DNA of 64,000 nucleotides, taken from assembly GCA_965238075.1 (NCBI GenBank), contig OZ250173.1, forward strand, positions 3,072,001-3,136,000, in the 5' to 3' direction. This stretch comes from Candidatus Entotheonellaceae bacterium (lineage in GTDB: Bacteria; Tectomicrobia; Entotheonellia; Entotheonellales; Entotheonellaceae). The notes under the pieces are model-generated. The model was given only the letters and a program-made list of their open reading frames with translations, was not told where the DNA came from and made no database searches. Position numbers and translations under genes: made by a program. Position 1 is the first letter of the stretch. The number at the start of each line of letters is the position of its first letter. Shown one piece after another: positions 18,953 through 29,510 of the stretch.

Positions 18953-19024
18953 TGGGCGATACTGGATTTGAACCAGTGACCCCTGCCGTGTGAAGGCAGT
19001 GCTCTCCCGCTGAGCTAATCGCCC
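18953..19024 (-). tRNA. tRNA-Val(CAC), CCA not encoded
   Basis: GGGCGATTAGCTCAGCGGGAGAGCA CTGCC TTCACAC GGCAG GGGTC ACTGGTTCAAATCCAGT ATCGCCCA folds as a cloverleaf. Confidence 0.95.
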
Positions 19025-19082
19025 GTCGTGCTGGCGAGAAATGGACAGGCTAGCCATTTCTCCGGTGGTCTGGAAACCGCAA

Positions 19083-19155
19083 TGGACGGTAGGAGATTCG
19101 AACTCCCGACCTCTGCCTTGCGAAGGCAGCGCTCTCCCAACTGAGCTAACCGCCC
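19083..19155 (-). tRNA. tRNA-Ala(CGC), CCA not encoded
   Basis: Cloverleaf with anticodon loop TTCGCAA, G3:U70 Ala identity pair (GGGCGGT/ACCGTCC), and T-loop GTTCGAATC. Confidence 0.95.
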
Positions 19156-19201
19156 ACAAGGCCGCGGCAATCGCGCCGCGCCTGTTGGCTGGGGACCTCG
19201 G

Positions 19202-19230
19202 AGCATACTGGCGCGATCTGATGGTGTCAA
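19202..19230 (-). promoter_or_regulatory. Sigma70-type promoter for the tRNA pair
   Basis: TTGACA-17 bp-TATGCT on the minus strand, about 45 nt upstream of tRNA-Ala. Confidence 0.75.
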
Positions 19231-19246
19231 GAAGCGCGCTCGGCGT

Positions 19247-20092
19247 TCACAGGAACACCACCTCGCCGGAGACGACCCGCAGGCGCGAGTCGTCACGGCC
19301 GCGTATCAGCAAGGCCCCATCGTCATCCAGGCCCAATACGACACCCTCTTCAATGCCGCGTTCCGTGCTACAGCGGACAGGTTTGCCGGCAATGCGTCCG
19401 TAGTGCAGCCAGCGCGGTAAAATGGGCACGAGGCCTCGTTGCTGAAAGGTGTGGTAGAGCGGCTCGAGGCGGTTCAGGATGGCGGCAGCGAGGCGCGGAC
19501 GGGACACGAAACGTCCGGCTGCCAGTGCGAGGGAAGTAACTTGGTGCCGCAGCTCGGCGGGGAACTGTTCCAGCGCGGTGTTGACGTTGATGCCGATACC
19601 GACGATGGCCACGGGCGATAAATCGGCCTGGAACACGCTTTCGGTCAGGATGCCTCCCGCCTTCTTGCCGTGAATCATCACGTCGTTCGGCCACTTCAAT
19701 TCGATAGACAGCGTGCTCACCTCGGTGATGGCCTCCGCCACTGCCACCGCAGCCAGCAGGGTAAGCTGCGGCAGACGGCTGAGCTCAATCTGTGGTCGCA
19801 ACAGCAGGGACATGTAGATTCCCACGCCGGGTGGCGAGGCAAAGCTGCGTCCTTGGCGCCCCCGTCCCTGGTGCTGTTGCTCGGCCAGGACCACGGTGCC
19901 TTCCGACGCCCCATCCCGCGCCAGTTGCTTCGCGATGTCGTTGGTCGAGGTCGTCTGGGCCTTGATATGGATAGTCCGGCCCAACGTCTTGGTCGTGAGC
20001 AGCCGTTGCAGGCTAGCGGCTTCAAGCGGATCGGGTATCGAAGGTTGCTCGCGCCACGTAGAATCGTCCATAGAGGAGTCGGTTATTTTCAT
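19247..20092 (-). CDS. birA: Biotin--[acetyl-CoA carboxylase] ligase, lacking the N-terminal HTH
   Basis: TSTN, QHQGRGRQGR, KWPND, KKAGGIL, GIGIN. Confidence 0.93.
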   Translation of the reverse strand: MKITDSSMDDSTWREQPSIPDPLEAASLQRLLTTKTLGRTIHIKAQTTSTNDIAKQLARDGASEGTVVLAEQQHQGRGRQGRSFASPPGVGIYMSLLLRPQIELSRLPQLTLLAAVAVAEAITEVSTLSIELKWPNDVMIHGKKAGGILTESVFQADLSPVAIVGIGINVNTALEQFPAELRHQVTSLALAAGRFVSRPRLAAAILNRLEPLYHTFQQRGLVPILPRWLHYGRIAGKPVRCSTERGIEEGVVLGLDDDGALLIRGRDDSRLRVVSGEVVFL

Positions 20093-20173
20093 GACTCGGC
20101 CTCGCTAGCACTCTGGTTTTGGCCGCCGTTGAGGACCTGCATGTCGGGCGGTCACGAAAGGGGAACGGTCGCC

Positions 20174-21331
20174 GTGCGCATCATTGACCGCCACATCATC
20201 CGGGAACTTGTTCCCCTGACCTTGGTCGCACTCGGAGTGGCAACCGGGGTCTTCTTCCTCGATAAGCTCCTGTGGATGACGAGTCTCGTGCTGCAAAATC
20301 GCCTCGACGTTGGCATGTCGTCGAGACTGCTCTGCTACACCCTGCCCACCGTTAGCGGCCTGACGCTGCCCATCGGTTTCCTGATGGGCTGCACGCTGAC
20401 CCTCCACCGCATGTCAGCCGACAACGAGCTTGTGGTTCTGCGCGCCGCGGGGATTAGCGTCTATCGCCTGTTGATGCCCTTTTTCACGATTGCCGTGGTG
20501 GCCTACGCCCTGTCGGCGTTTGCCCTCATGTACGTATCGCCGTGGGGCTTTCAGGGACTGCAACGGCTCGTTTTCGATATCGCACGGGACCGTGCCTACT
20601 ATCACCTGAGGCCGCAGGCGTTTAACGACGCGTTCAAGGGACTGGTGTTCTACGTTGAGCGTACCCACCCTCAGGCGCAACGTTTCGAGGGAGTTTTTGT
20701 CGCCGACAATCGCTCACAAGTCACGCAGGTGATTACGGCAGAGCAGGGTGAATTGCTCGTCCAGCCGGAGGCGCTGCAAGTCGTCTTGCGGCTCAGCAAG
20801 GGCATCATCCATCGCTTCGTGCCGGCGGACGCGCGCTATCATCTGGTGCACTTTGGGCAGTACGACGTTGTGCTCGACCTGGATACTCGACTGGCGCGCC
20901 AGTCGGCCGGCTCTGCCGGCGTGCGCGAATTGTTCCCCCACCAACTGCGGGCGGAAATCTCCCGTCGAGAGGCGCTCGGTGAAGATGCCAGAGCCCTCCG
21001 GCTATTCTGGCACAAGCTTTTTGCGCTGCCCTTTGCGTGCATCATTTTCGCAGGTCTCGGCCCGGCGCTGGGCGCCACCCAGACCCGTTCAGGCCGCTCA
21101 GCGGGGTATCTGCTCAGCATCGCCGGTATTTTCGTGTACTACATCCTGCTCAGCGCCAGTGACGCGCTGGGCGAGGATAGCAGGCTGTCGCCTATGCTCG
21201 CGGCTTGGCTGCCCAACCTGTGCATGGTTGGGCTCACGGCATTGCTTCTGCGCCGCCACGTGCACGGTTCGCTGCGCATCGGGTGGGCAGGCCGTACCGT
21301 GTTCGGCAATGGCGACAGGGAAGGGGCTTAA
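20174..21331 (+). CDS. LptF/LptG family LPS export permease
   Basis: RIIDRHIIREL, RMSADNELVVLRAAGIS, HKLFALPFAC, AAWLPN. GTG start. Confidence 0.88.
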   Translation: MRIIDRHIIRELVPLTLVALGVATGVFFLDKLLWMTSLVLQNRLDVGMSSRLLCYTLPTVSGLTLPIGFLMGCTLTLHRMSADNELVVLRAAGISVYRLLMPFFTIAVVAYALSAFALMYVSPWGFQGLQRLVFDIARDRAYYHLRPQAFNDAFKGLVFYVERTHPQAQRFEGVFVADNRSQVTQVITAEQGELLVQPEALQVVLRLSKGIIHRFVPADARYHLVHFGQYDVVLDLDTRLARQSAGSAGVRELFPHQLRAEISRREALGEDARALRLFWHKLFALPFACIIFAGLGPALGATQTRSGRSAGYLLSIAGIFVYYILLSASDALGEDSRLSPMLAAWLPNLCMVGLTALLLRRHVHGSLRIGWAGRTVFGNGDREGA

Positions 21332-22362
21332 CGGTTGAGCTGGTACTTGCGCACGGCCCGGTTGTGCTCTTTCAGCGTCTTTGAAAAATGATGCGCGCCG
21401 TTTTCCCTGGTTGCCACGAAGTACAGATACTTCACGGCGGCCGGCGCCACCGCCGCGGCGATCGAGCGTCCGCCGGGATTGGCGATGGGACCGGGTGGCA
21501 ATCCGGCGTAGCGGTAGGTGTTGTACGGCGAGTCGATCCGTAAATCGGCCTTTCTCAGGTTGCCTTGAAAAGCCTCGCCCAGCGCATAAATCACTGTGGA
21601 ATCACATTGCAGGCGCATGCCGCGTTGCAACCGGTTGTGGAAAACAGCGGCGATGAGCTCGCGCTCCGAATCAAGTTGGGCTTCTTTTTCGATCAACGAT
21701 GCAAGCGTCACGACGGCATGCTGCGACAGCCCCAGGCCTTCGGCCATGGCGACGATTTCCGGGACGTAATTTTCGTCAAACGTACGCACCATGAGCGTCA
21801 ACAGGGCTGCTTCATCCATGTCCCGCGTCACGTGATACGTATCTGGAAACAGATAGCCCTCAAGAGAAGCCACCGTGAGACCGAGGGATGCTATGAAAGC
21901 CGGGTCGGAGCCGAGTCCCAGCACTCGCTGCTCGCTGCCCATGTCCTTGGCCGCTACCAACGCCGCGATGTCGCGAAGCGTCGCGCCTTCGGGAATGGTC
22001 AGGGCGTGATGCATGACCTTGCCGCGGTACAGGAGGTCGAGGATTTCGGCCGGGGACATGCTGGCGCTCAGCACATATTCCCCGGCCTGCAGGCGCGGCG
22101 CCAGGCGCTTGGCCTCGGCATACAGGACGAACGGTAGCGGATGACGGATCAAACCGGCCTCATGCAGCTGACTGGCGATCTGCCGCAGACCCGCGCCCCG
22201 GCCCACCTGGATGACCTGTTCTCTTGCTTCGATGGCGGCCGGCTGGTGGACGAGAATCCAAGTGCCCACAAGGCCGAGGAGGCCAAGAAACGCGGATAAA
22301 GTCAGAATGGACAGGCATTGTTTGGCACAGCGGCGGGCGCGTGGCACGGGGATGTCCCTCAC
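21328..22362 (-). CDS. mltG: Endolytic transglycosylase MltG
   Basis: TIPEG, LEGYLFPDTY, LASLIEKE, LQCDSTVIY, SPYNTY..GLPPGPIANPG. Confidence 0.95.
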   Translation of the reverse strand: MRDIPVPRARRCAKQCLSILTLSAFLGLLGLVGTWILVHQPAAIEAREQVIQVGRGAGLRQIASQLHEAGLIRHPLPFVLYAEAKRLAPRLQAGEYVLSASMSPAEILDLLYRGKVMHHALTIPEGATLRDIAALVAAKDMGSEQRVLGLGSDPAFIASLGLTVASLEGYLFPDTYHVTRDMDEAALLTLMVRTFDENYVPEIVAMAEGLGLSQHAVVTLASLIEKEAQLDSERELIAAVFHNRLQRGMRLQCDSTVIYALGEAFQGNLRKADLRIDSPYNTYRYAGLPPGPIANPGGRSIAAAVAPAAVKYLYFVATRENGAHHFSKTLKEHNRAVRKYQLNR

Positions 22363-22373
22363 GCTTGGGTGGG

Positions 22374-22799
22374 TTAAGTCTTGGCGGTCAGGCGCTGGTG
22401 ATCGAGATAGTTTTGCAGGATAAGCTGCGCGGCGAGCTTGTCCCGCACGGCCTTGCGTTTGCTGCGCCGCTGGTTGGCGGCGATCAGCACGCGCTCGGCC
22501 TGCTGTGTGGTGAGTCGTTCATCCCAGGCAATACAGGGCAGGCTGCAGGACTGTTCGAGGCGGTCGATGAAGGACGCCGTTTTTTCCGCCTGCGGGCCGT
22601 ACGAGCCGTTCATGTTGCGAGGCATGCCTACGACAATCCGGATGACGTCGTATTCGCTCATTACCTCCCGCAAAGCAGCTGTGTCGACAGCGAGGCTGCG
22701 CCGTTCGAGCACGAACAGGCCCTGAGCGAAAAGGGCCAGCTCGTCGCTTACCGCAACACCGATGCGACGGTCGCCAACGTCCAGACCCAAAATCCGCAT
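22374..22799 (-). CDS. ruvX: Holliday junction resolvase-like RuvX/YqgF
   Basis: ILGLDVGDRRIGVAVSD, VVGMP, WDERLTT, DKLAAQLILQ. Confidence 0.95.
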   Translation of the reverse strand: MRILGLDVGDRRIGVAVSDELALFAQGLFVLERRSLAVDTAALREVMSEYDVIRIVVGMPRNMNGSYGPQAEKTASFIDRLEQSCSLPCIAWDERLTTQQAERVLIAANQRRSKRKAVRDKLAAQLILQNYLDHQRLTAKT

Positions 22800-22825
22800 G
22801 ATGTGCCTTTACCTGTTCGCGCGCG

Positions 22826-24445
22826 TCATTGCAAGCGCGGGCCGTCCGGTTGCAGGGTGATGTTGTAGGAACTCAGGAGCGTGTTCTTGACTGCTTCGAG
22901 GCGGATGAGGGCTTGCAGGTAGTCGGTCAGGGCGTTGATTTCCTTCGAGCGCTCGACGCTCAAATCCCCCTGGAAATCCAGCACCGTGAACACGGTTGAC
23001 AGACCGACTTGCAGCTTCTTCTCCTCGGCCTCGAGCTGCTTTTGCGCCAGCTGGCTCGACACGCGCGAGGCCCGCACCCGCTGGGCATGGGTGGTCACGT
23101 CACGCGCGGCGGCGCGAACCTGCCGGATAATCTCTTCTTCCAGGTCCTTGATGCGTAGCATCTGCTGGCGGATGACCAGGCGGGATTGCGTGATGCGATT
23201 TTTGGCCTGCCGATTGCCCAACGGCCGGCTGAATTGCAAGCTGATGTCCCAGCGATACCGCTTTCCAGGATCGAACTCGCCGAGGTGGTCATCGAAGTTC
23301 TTGCTGACGCCGTTGATGCGCAGACTCGTTTCCAGGTCGAGGGTGGGCAGGGCTTGATTTTCGCTGAAGATGAGCGTGACGCGCTGGTTTTCCAGCATGA
23401 GCTTCGCCTGCATGAGGTCGACGCGTTGCTCCAGGGCCTGGCGAATCTGTTCTTCCTGGTTGATGGTGCGGGCATCGTAGGACGGGGTGTCAACGGGCAA
23501 CAGCACGACGTCCGCGTACTCGCCGAGCAGGCTGAGGTTCATGATGCGCTTGAGCCGGTCTTCCGTCGTCCGCAGCGTGTTCTCGGCAACGAGGATGCGT
23601 TCTTCGACGCGGGCAATTTCCGTTTCGGCCTGCAGCACCTCGATGGGCGCTAGCGTGCCGACGGCTACCTGCTTGCGAATCTGATCCAGAAGTTGCTCTG
23701 CCAGTGCCCGTTGCTGGCGCCGCACCTCCAGATCCTGACGGCGAAACACAAGGTCCCAGTAGGCCTCCTGGACCTGAGCGGTTACGTCGGTGATTTGCTG
23801 GCGGAAATCTTCCTGGGACACGGACAGGTTGTTTTGCGCGATGACAATGCGGTTGTTGGTGACCTGCGAGCCGAAGTTCTTCAACAAGGGCTGGGTGACT
23901 TTGACCTGTAGCTCCGCGGTGTTGAAGGCATTGCGCAGCGGCGGCTCCTGGTCCCGGGGCGTGTCGCGAGGAAAAGGCACGCGCCGGGTGGAGTCCACGT
24001 GCGCCTCCGAAAGTTCCACGCCGTACGTGCCGCCCCAGCGGTTGAGGCGCGACAACCCGAAACGGATCGCCTGTTCCTGCGTGTTGTCCTGGGCAACGGA
24101 ATCGTTAATGAATTCCTGGAAGAAGGGCGAGGTGGAAAGGAGGCGGGAGTCTGACACGGTGGCCGAAGCGTGCAACTGGATATCGAATATCCCTTCCTCG
24201 GCAGCGACCTGCGCCTCCCGGATGCGGGGTTCCAGGCCGGCGATTTGAATGTTCAGATTGCCTTGCAGGGCAAAGGCTGTGGCCTCGCGCAGGGACAGTT
24301 CCATCTCGCGTTGCTGAGCCTGCGCCGGCGAGGCGGTCCAGCCAGCGTGGCTCAAACAGACAACGACTATCAACGCGAGCAATGGCCGGACAGCGGCGAA
24401 TACCGACCTCGATGCGCGCATGCGGCTACCGCGTTGCATGCTCAT
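22826..24445 (-). CDS. TolC-family outer membrane efflux protein
   Basis: Signal peptide (ASPAQA), LSLREATAFALQGN, QPLLKNFG, AYWDL, long coiled-coil repeats. Confidence 0.85.
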   Translation of the reverse strand: MSMQRGSRMRASRSVFAAVRPLLALIVVVCLSHAGWTASPAQAQQREMELSLREATAFALQGNLNIQIAGLEPRIREAQVAAEEGIFDIQLHASATVSDSRLLSTSPFFQEFINDSVAQDNTQEQAIRFGLSRLNRWGGTYGVELSEAHVDSTRRVPFPRDTPRDQEPPLRNAFNTAELQVKVTQPLLKNFGSQVTNNRIVIAQNNLSVSQEDFRQQITDVTAQVQEAYWDLVFRRQDLEVRRQQRALAEQLLDQIRKQVAVGTLAPIEVLQAETEIARVEERILVAENTLRTTEDRLKRIMNLSLLGEYADVVLLPVDTPSYDARTINQEEQIRQALEQRVDLMQAKLMLENQRVTLIFSENQALPTLDLETSLRINGVSKNFDDHLGEFDPGKRYRWDISLQFSRPLGNRQAKNRITQSRLVIRQQMLRIKDLEEEIIRQVRAAARDVTTHAQRVRASRVSSQLAQKQLEAEEKKLQVGLSTVFTVLDFQGDLSVERSKEINALTDYLQALIRLEAVKNTLLSSYNITLQPDGPRLQ

Positions 24446-24821
24446 TAACCCCCTTTCGTCGTTGCCGCCCTCGCCCGTAGGCACTCCGGCAACGAACCGT
24501 TCGACGGCCCGTCTGGTGCAGGCCGGCGCGCAACTTCTTCCTGCAACCAAAGCATAGCCGGGTAGTCACGCTGACGGATGTTCGGATGGCTGTTGGTAAA
24601 TTGGCGACAGGTGGTGTGGCAATCGTAACGGTGTGCCTTGGCATCCAACCCAGCAGAAGGTACGAGTTTTGCAGAGGAGAACGGGTTCTGTCAAGCGCAT
24701 TCTGCCCTTGCTTCCGGTATCCATCGGGGGAGGCGAGAAAGCGAGATATGGTATAGTTTCCCACATCACAAGTCGATTGCGGCCCACCTTCACGCACATT
24801 AGAAACCAGCGGAATACCTCA

Positions 24822-25748
24822 ATGCGGATCCACGAGAGCCTTGCTGCTATCGAACCGACTTCATATCCCAAGCCTGTTCTCGCTCTCGGCAACTTCGACG
24901 GCGTGCATCTTGGCCACCAGAACATTTTCAGGCACGTGGTGAGCCGGGCGGACGAGATCGGCGGTACCCCCATGGTGTTCACGTTTGATTGTCATCCGTT
25001 AAAAGTGCTTGCCCCCGAGAGGGCGCCGCTGGTTCTGACCACCAACGCCCAGAAGCGCAGCCTGATTGGTGCCTTGGGCGTCAGGGTAGGTCTGTGGATT
25101 CCCTTTACGGAACAATTTGCCCGCCAGAAACCCCTTGCCTTCATCCGCGACGTGTTGCAGGAACGCATCGGTGTTCATGAGCTTGTGGTGGGATACGATT
25201 TCCGCTTTGGCCATTGTCGGGCCGGCAACGTGTCGCTGCTCCAGCAACAGACCGCGGCGCATGGTTACGAGGTCACGGTCATCCCGGCGGTCAAGCTGGG
25301 GGACACGGTGGTGAGTAGCTCCACGATCCGCGCCTTGCTGCAAAAGGGGCAGGTCGAAGAGGCCGCCCGCCTGCTCGGCCGGAATTACGTCTTGGCCGGT
25401 TCGGTTGTGGAGGGTTTCCACCGCGGCGCCAAGCTTGGCTTTCCCACCGCAAACGTCCGCATAGATCACGAGCTCGTGCCCCGTGTGGGCGTGTACGCCG
25501 TGCGCGTGGAGTGGAAGGGCCGGCACTATCCCGGCGTTGCAAACGTGGGAAACAATCCAACCTTTGGCAACGAATCCCTCAGTGTGGAGGTGCATCTGCT
25601 TGACTTCGAGGGTGACCTGTACGATGCCCAGCTAGGCGTGGCCTTTGTTGCGCGAGTCCGTGATGAGCGAAAGTTTGCCTCAGTCGATGAACTGGTGGCA
25701 CAAATTGGCTGTGACGTCCAGCAGGCACGACGCCTCCACGCTGGATAG
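24822..25748 (+). CDS. ribF: Bifunctional riboflavin kinase/FAD synthetase
   Basis: GNFDGVHLGHQ, VGYDFRFG, SSSTIR, GFPTAN, GVY, EVH. Confidence 0.96.
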   Translation: MRIHESLAAIEPTSYPKPVLALGNFDGVHLGHQNIFRHVVSRADEIGGTPMVFTFDCHPLKVLAPERAPLVLTTNAQKRSLIGALGVRVGLWIPFTEQFARQKPLAFIRDVLQERIGVHELVVGYDFRFGHCRAGNVSLLQQQTAAHGYEVTVIPAVKLGDTVVSSSTIRALLQKGQVEEAARLLGRNYVLAGSVVEGFHRGAKLGFPTANVRIDHELVPRVGVYAVRVEWKGRHYPGVANVGNNPTFGNESLSVEVHLLDFEGDLYDAQLGVAFVARVRDERKFASVDELVAQIGCDVQQARRLHAG

Positions 25749-25762
25749 AGCCGTTTTGCGGG

Positions 25763-26053
25763 TCACGATTCCCGTGTCCAAGGCAGACGCCAACGCCGCT
25801 GAGCCCGGTGCAGTGCGCGGATGAACTGTTTCGGATCGACGCGATACTTGAAGGCTTTGCGACCGTTGATGAAAACGACGGGAATCTCTTCCTGGTGACG
25901 CGCCAGCAGGTCCGCCCGCGTGGTGATATCCACTTCGCGCAGAGAAAACGAATAGCTGGCCCGAAGCACTTGCAGGAGTGCTTTTGCTTCGTGGCAGAGG
26001 TGGCAATCGGGCTTGCCCAATATCTCGACTGTCGGGGGAACGATTTCGGCCAT
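25763..26053 (-). CDS. Glutaredoxin-like protein (DUF836)
   Basis: KPDCHLCHEAK CxxC, EVDI, IPVVFING. Confidence 0.8.
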   Translation of the reverse strand: MAEIVPPTVEILGKPDCHLCHEAKALLQVLRASYSFSLREVDITTRADLLARHQEEIPVVFINGRKAFKYRVDPKQFIRALHRAQRRWRLPWTRES

Positions 26054-26222
26054 CCGTCTCATCTCCCAGCCGGCAATGGCGTTGCGAGGGGTTACTCCGT
26101 TGCGCCAGACGACAGAGCAGCGTATCAGCATGCAAACTCGGTAACAAGACGTAGCGCAACCCCGGTATTCCCTCATTGATTCGTAGCGTTCCAGTATCCG
26201 TTTCCCTTTGGAAAGGCATCTG

Positions 26223-26921
26223 ATGGCGGGCGAGCCCTCTGAGCCAATAGTCGTGGCGATCGACGGCCCCTCCGGGGTCGGCAAGAGTGTGGCTGCCGAA
26301 ATGTTGGCTCAAGCGCTCGGTTTCCACTACGCGCAATCGGGGGCCATGTATCGTGCCGTCGGCTGGCTCGTGGAGTCGCACGACATGTCCCTGCGAGACG
26401 GCGACCGTATCGCTGCGCTTGTGGCGGAAACCATGATCGACATCGCACTTTGTCCTGGGCAATCCGCCGTTTGGGTGCACGGACGAGATATCTCAGAGGC
26501 GTTGGCCGGGGAGGCCGTGGGCAAAGCTGCCTCGGCGGTTGCCACCCTGCGCGCGGTGCGCCAGACGGTCACGGCGCAGTTGCGCCGCCTGCGCTGTCAC
26601 GGGAGTCTGGTCATGGAGGGACGAGACATTGGCACGGTCGTATTTCCGGATGCCGACGTGAAGTTTTTCCTGGACGCCTCGCTCGATGTCAGAGCGCGAC
26701 GGCGGTGGCAGGAAATGCGGCAGGCGGGCTACGGCGGCACGTTTGAAGAAGTCAGGCAGGCCATCGCCGAACGCGATGAGCAGGACCGCGCCCGTGCCCT
26801 CGCGCCGTTGGTCCCGGCGGCAGATGCGCACGTTATTGATACGGCGGATTTCTCTATTGACGCTGTCGTGCAGACTATGGTATCAGAGACGCAACACAAC
26901 ATCCTGCGGGGTAACGGTTGA
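26223..26921 (+). CDS. cmk: Cytidylate kinase
   Basis: AIDGPSGVGKS, GAMYRA, MEGRDIGTVVFPDA. Confidence 0.95.
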   Translation: MAGEPSEPIVVAIDGPSGVGKSVAAEMLAQALGFHYAQSGAMYRAVGWLVESHDMSLRDGDRIAALVAETMIDIALCPGQSAVWVHGRDISEALAGEAVGKAASAVATLRAVRQTVTAQLRRLRCHGSLVMEGRDIGTVVFPDADVKFFLDASLDVRARRRWQEMRQAGYGGTFEEVRQAIAERDEQDRARALAPLVPAADAHVIDTADFSIDAVVQTMVSETQHNILRGNG

Positions 26922-27009
26922 GCCTGCCTGCGCGCCTTGGCCTTGAGTGTGGCAAGGTCATGTCGTCTCAGCGTTGCAATCCGTAGTTAATCAGGAGGCT
27001 GGAATTCCC

Positions 27010-28848
27010 ATGACTGACAAACCGGGGCAAGTTGAGGCCATAGAGCAGGGAGCACCAGAGGCGGTGGAGCAGGGCGCTCAAGAGCCGGCGTCTGTGCTAG
27101 AGGCCAGTGAATCTGCCGTTGTTGAGAAGGACGTCAGCAGCAGCGAGGAACTGGAAAAGCTCTATGAGGAAAGTCTCAAGCATATCCAGGAAGGCGAGAT
27201 TGTCCGTGGGCGTGTGGTGCACATCGGACGGGACACCGTGTTGATAGATGTCGGCTACAAGTCCGAAGGGACAATTGATCTGGACGAATTCCCCGACCAT
27301 GGAAGCCAGCTTCAGGTTGGCGAAGAATTGGACGTTCTGTTTGAAGAGAAGGAAGACAGCGAAGGCCAGGTCGTCCTCTCCAAGGAAAAGGCGAACCGCA
27401 TCAAAGTCTGGAACGAGATCAGCCAGCGTTACGACCGGGACGAGGTCGTCGAGGGCGTGGTTATCGCGCGCATCAAGGGCGGTTTGACGGTTGACATCGG
27501 CCTCAAGGCGTTTCTGCCCGGGTCGCAGATTGACCTGCGGCCGGTTCGCAACCTCGACAAGCTCATTGGCGAGAAGCTGCAGATGCGCATTATCAAGCTG
27601 AACAAGCGCCGTGGCAACATCGTCCTATCGCGCCGCGTCCTGCTCGAAGAGGAGCGGCAACAGGCCAAGGAGAAAACGCTGGCCTCATTGGCCGAGGGCC
27701 AGACTGTTGAAGGCGTGGTCAAGAACATCACCGAGTACGGCGCCTTTATCGACCTCGGCGGCATTGATGGATTGCTCCACATCACCGACATGTCTTGGGG
27801 CCGCGTCAGTCATCCCTCCGAACTGTTTGCCATTGGCGACAACGTGACCATTATGGTCCTTAAATTTGACCAGGAACATGAGCGCGTATCGCTTGGTCTC
27901 AAACAGACGACGCCCGATCCTTGGACGAACGTTGCCGAGAAATATCCCGAGGAATCCAGGGTGTCCGGCAAGGTTGTCAGTATTACGGATTACGGTGCTT
28001 TCATTGAACTGGAAGAGGGCATAGAAGGACTTGTTCACGTCTCGCAGATGTCGTGGGCGCGACGCACACGGCACCCCTCAAAGATCGTCAATATCGGCGA
28101 TATGATTGAGGCTGTCGTTCTGAGTGTTGACAAGGAAAGGAAACGCATCTCTCTGGGTATGAAGCAGATCGAGCCGAATCCATGGACGACGGTCGACGAG
28201 CGTTATCCCGTGGGTGGTGAGATTGAAGGCAAGGTGCGGAACCTGACGGATTTCGGGGCGTTCATCGCGTTGGAAGAGGGCATTGACGGCTTGATCCACA
28301 TTTCCGACATGTCGTGGACCCAGCGGGTCAAGCACCCGTCTGAAATCCTCAAGAAGGGCCAGCGCGTTTGCGCCGTGGTGCTTAACGTTGACAAGGAGAA
28401 CGAACGCTTGTCTCTTGGCCTGAAGCAGATGGAACCCGACCCCTGGACGCTGGTTGAAACGAAATATCAGGTTGGACAGGAAGTGCAGGTGAAGATCGTC
28501 AAGATAACCAATTTCGGGGCGTTCGCGGAACTCGAGAATGGTGTGGAGGGCCTTATTCATCTGTCCGAGCTCGGCCAAGGTAAGGTCACGGATCCCGAGG
28601 AGGTCGTCTCGGTGGGACAGGAGCTCGACACCAAGATCATCAAAATTGAAGTTGCAACGCGCAAAATTGGTCTCAGCATTCGTGCCATGACGGAGGAAGT
28701 TGAGCGCCATGAAGAGCCGGATGACAAGAATCTGCCCGTCGAAGGCCCGGCAATGGACGATGTCATGTCGGAGTCAATGTCGGGTCTGCAATCCGCTTTG
28801 GCGGATGCCATGAGAGAACAGCAAGAGCAGCAGGAACAGGAATGCTAA
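27010..28848 (+). CDS. rpsA: 30S ribosomal protein S1
   Basis: Six S1 domains (DVGYKSEG, AFLPGSQID, YGAFIDLGGIDGLLHITDMSW and others). Confidence 0.97.
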   Translation: MTDKPGQVEAIEQGAPEAVEQGAQEPASVLEASESAVVEKDVSSSEELEKLYEESLKHIQEGEIVRGRVVHIGRDTVLIDVGYKSEGTIDLDEFPDHGSQLQVGEELDVLFEEKEDSEGQVVLSKEKANRIKVWNEISQRYDRDEVVEGVVIARIKGGLTVDIGLKAFLPGSQIDLRPVRNLDKLIGEKLQMRIIKLNKRRGNIVLSRRVLLEEERQQAKEKTLASLAEGQTVEGVVKNITEYGAFIDLGGIDGLLHITDMSWGRVSHPSELFAIGDNVTIMVLKFDQEHERVSLGLKQTTPDPWTNVAEKYPEESRVSGKVVSITDYGAFIELEEGIEGLVHVSQMSWARRTRHPSKIVNIGDMIEAVVLSVDKERKRISLGMKQIEPNPWTTVDERYPVGGEIEGKVRNLTDFGAFIALEEGIDGLIHISDMSWTQRVKHPSEILKKGQRVCAVVLNVDKENERLSLGLKQMEPDPWTLVETKYQVGQEVQVKIVKITNFGAFAELENGVEGLIHLSELGQGKVTDPEEVVSVGQELDTKIIKIEVATRKIGLSIRAMTEEVERHEEPDDKNLPVEGPAMDDVMSESMSGLQSALADAMREQQEQQEQEC

Positions 28849-29076
28849 GAATTTAATCTTTCTGTCCACAGCGAAGACCTCGTATCACAAAGCTCCGAAC
28901 CCGACCTGAACAAGACCGATACAAGGAAAAATACGGTCAGCCCCAGTGATCTTTCATGCGCTGGGTTGAAGTGGGCCTTTTTGTCCCTTGTGGCGAGGCA
29001 TGACAGGCGTGGCGATGGTAAAGCGTAGACGGGAAACGCCCTCCATTAAGTGTTTTCCTTCGGTGAGGCTGGATAC

Positions 29077-29352
29077 ATGACAAAAGCAGAGCTTGCTGGA
29101 AGAGTTGCCGACAAAATTCACCTTACCAAGAAGCAAACCGAAACCATCGTCAACATTCTGTTCGCATGTATTACTGACGCTTTGAAAGAGGGCGACAAAG
29201 TCGAGTTGCGGGGCTTCGGCAGTTTCCGAACCCGAAGCCGCAACGCCCGCGAAGGGCGCAATCCCAAAACCGGCGACACGGTCCAAATCCCCTCCAAGAA
29301 GGTGCCTTTTTTTAAGACCGGGAAGGAACTTCGGGAAGTCGTAGACAGATAG
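29077..29352 (+). CDS. ihfB: Integration host factor beta / HU family protein
   Basis: MTKAEL, VELRGFGSF, GRNPKTG, PFFKTGKELRE; downstream of rpsA. Confidence 0.85.
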   Translation: MTKAELAGRVADKIHLTKKQTETIVNILFACITDALKEGDKVELRGFGSFRTRSRNAREGRNPKTGDTVQIPSKKVPFFKTGKELREVVDR

Positions 29353-29510
29353 CTTTATATCCCACTCTCGTTTTGTGCCACAAAGTTGCAAAATTCGTTC
29401 CCGACCCATACACCCATATATAGACACTGACGGCCGCATGCATTGGATGATCGGCTGCTTGGTATCTGGTCAGTTAGGGCTGTTGCTTTTTTTGCAGGAA
29501 TGGTCTCCAG

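Noticed and set aside
19670-20173. Long N-terminal extension of the LptF-like ORF
   Set aside because: It overlaps birA on the opposite strand; family similarity starts at GTG 20174.
24446-24821. FMN riboswitch upstream of ribF, and TPP riboswitch upstream of the thiE unit
   Set aside because: The conserved aptamer sequences were not seen.
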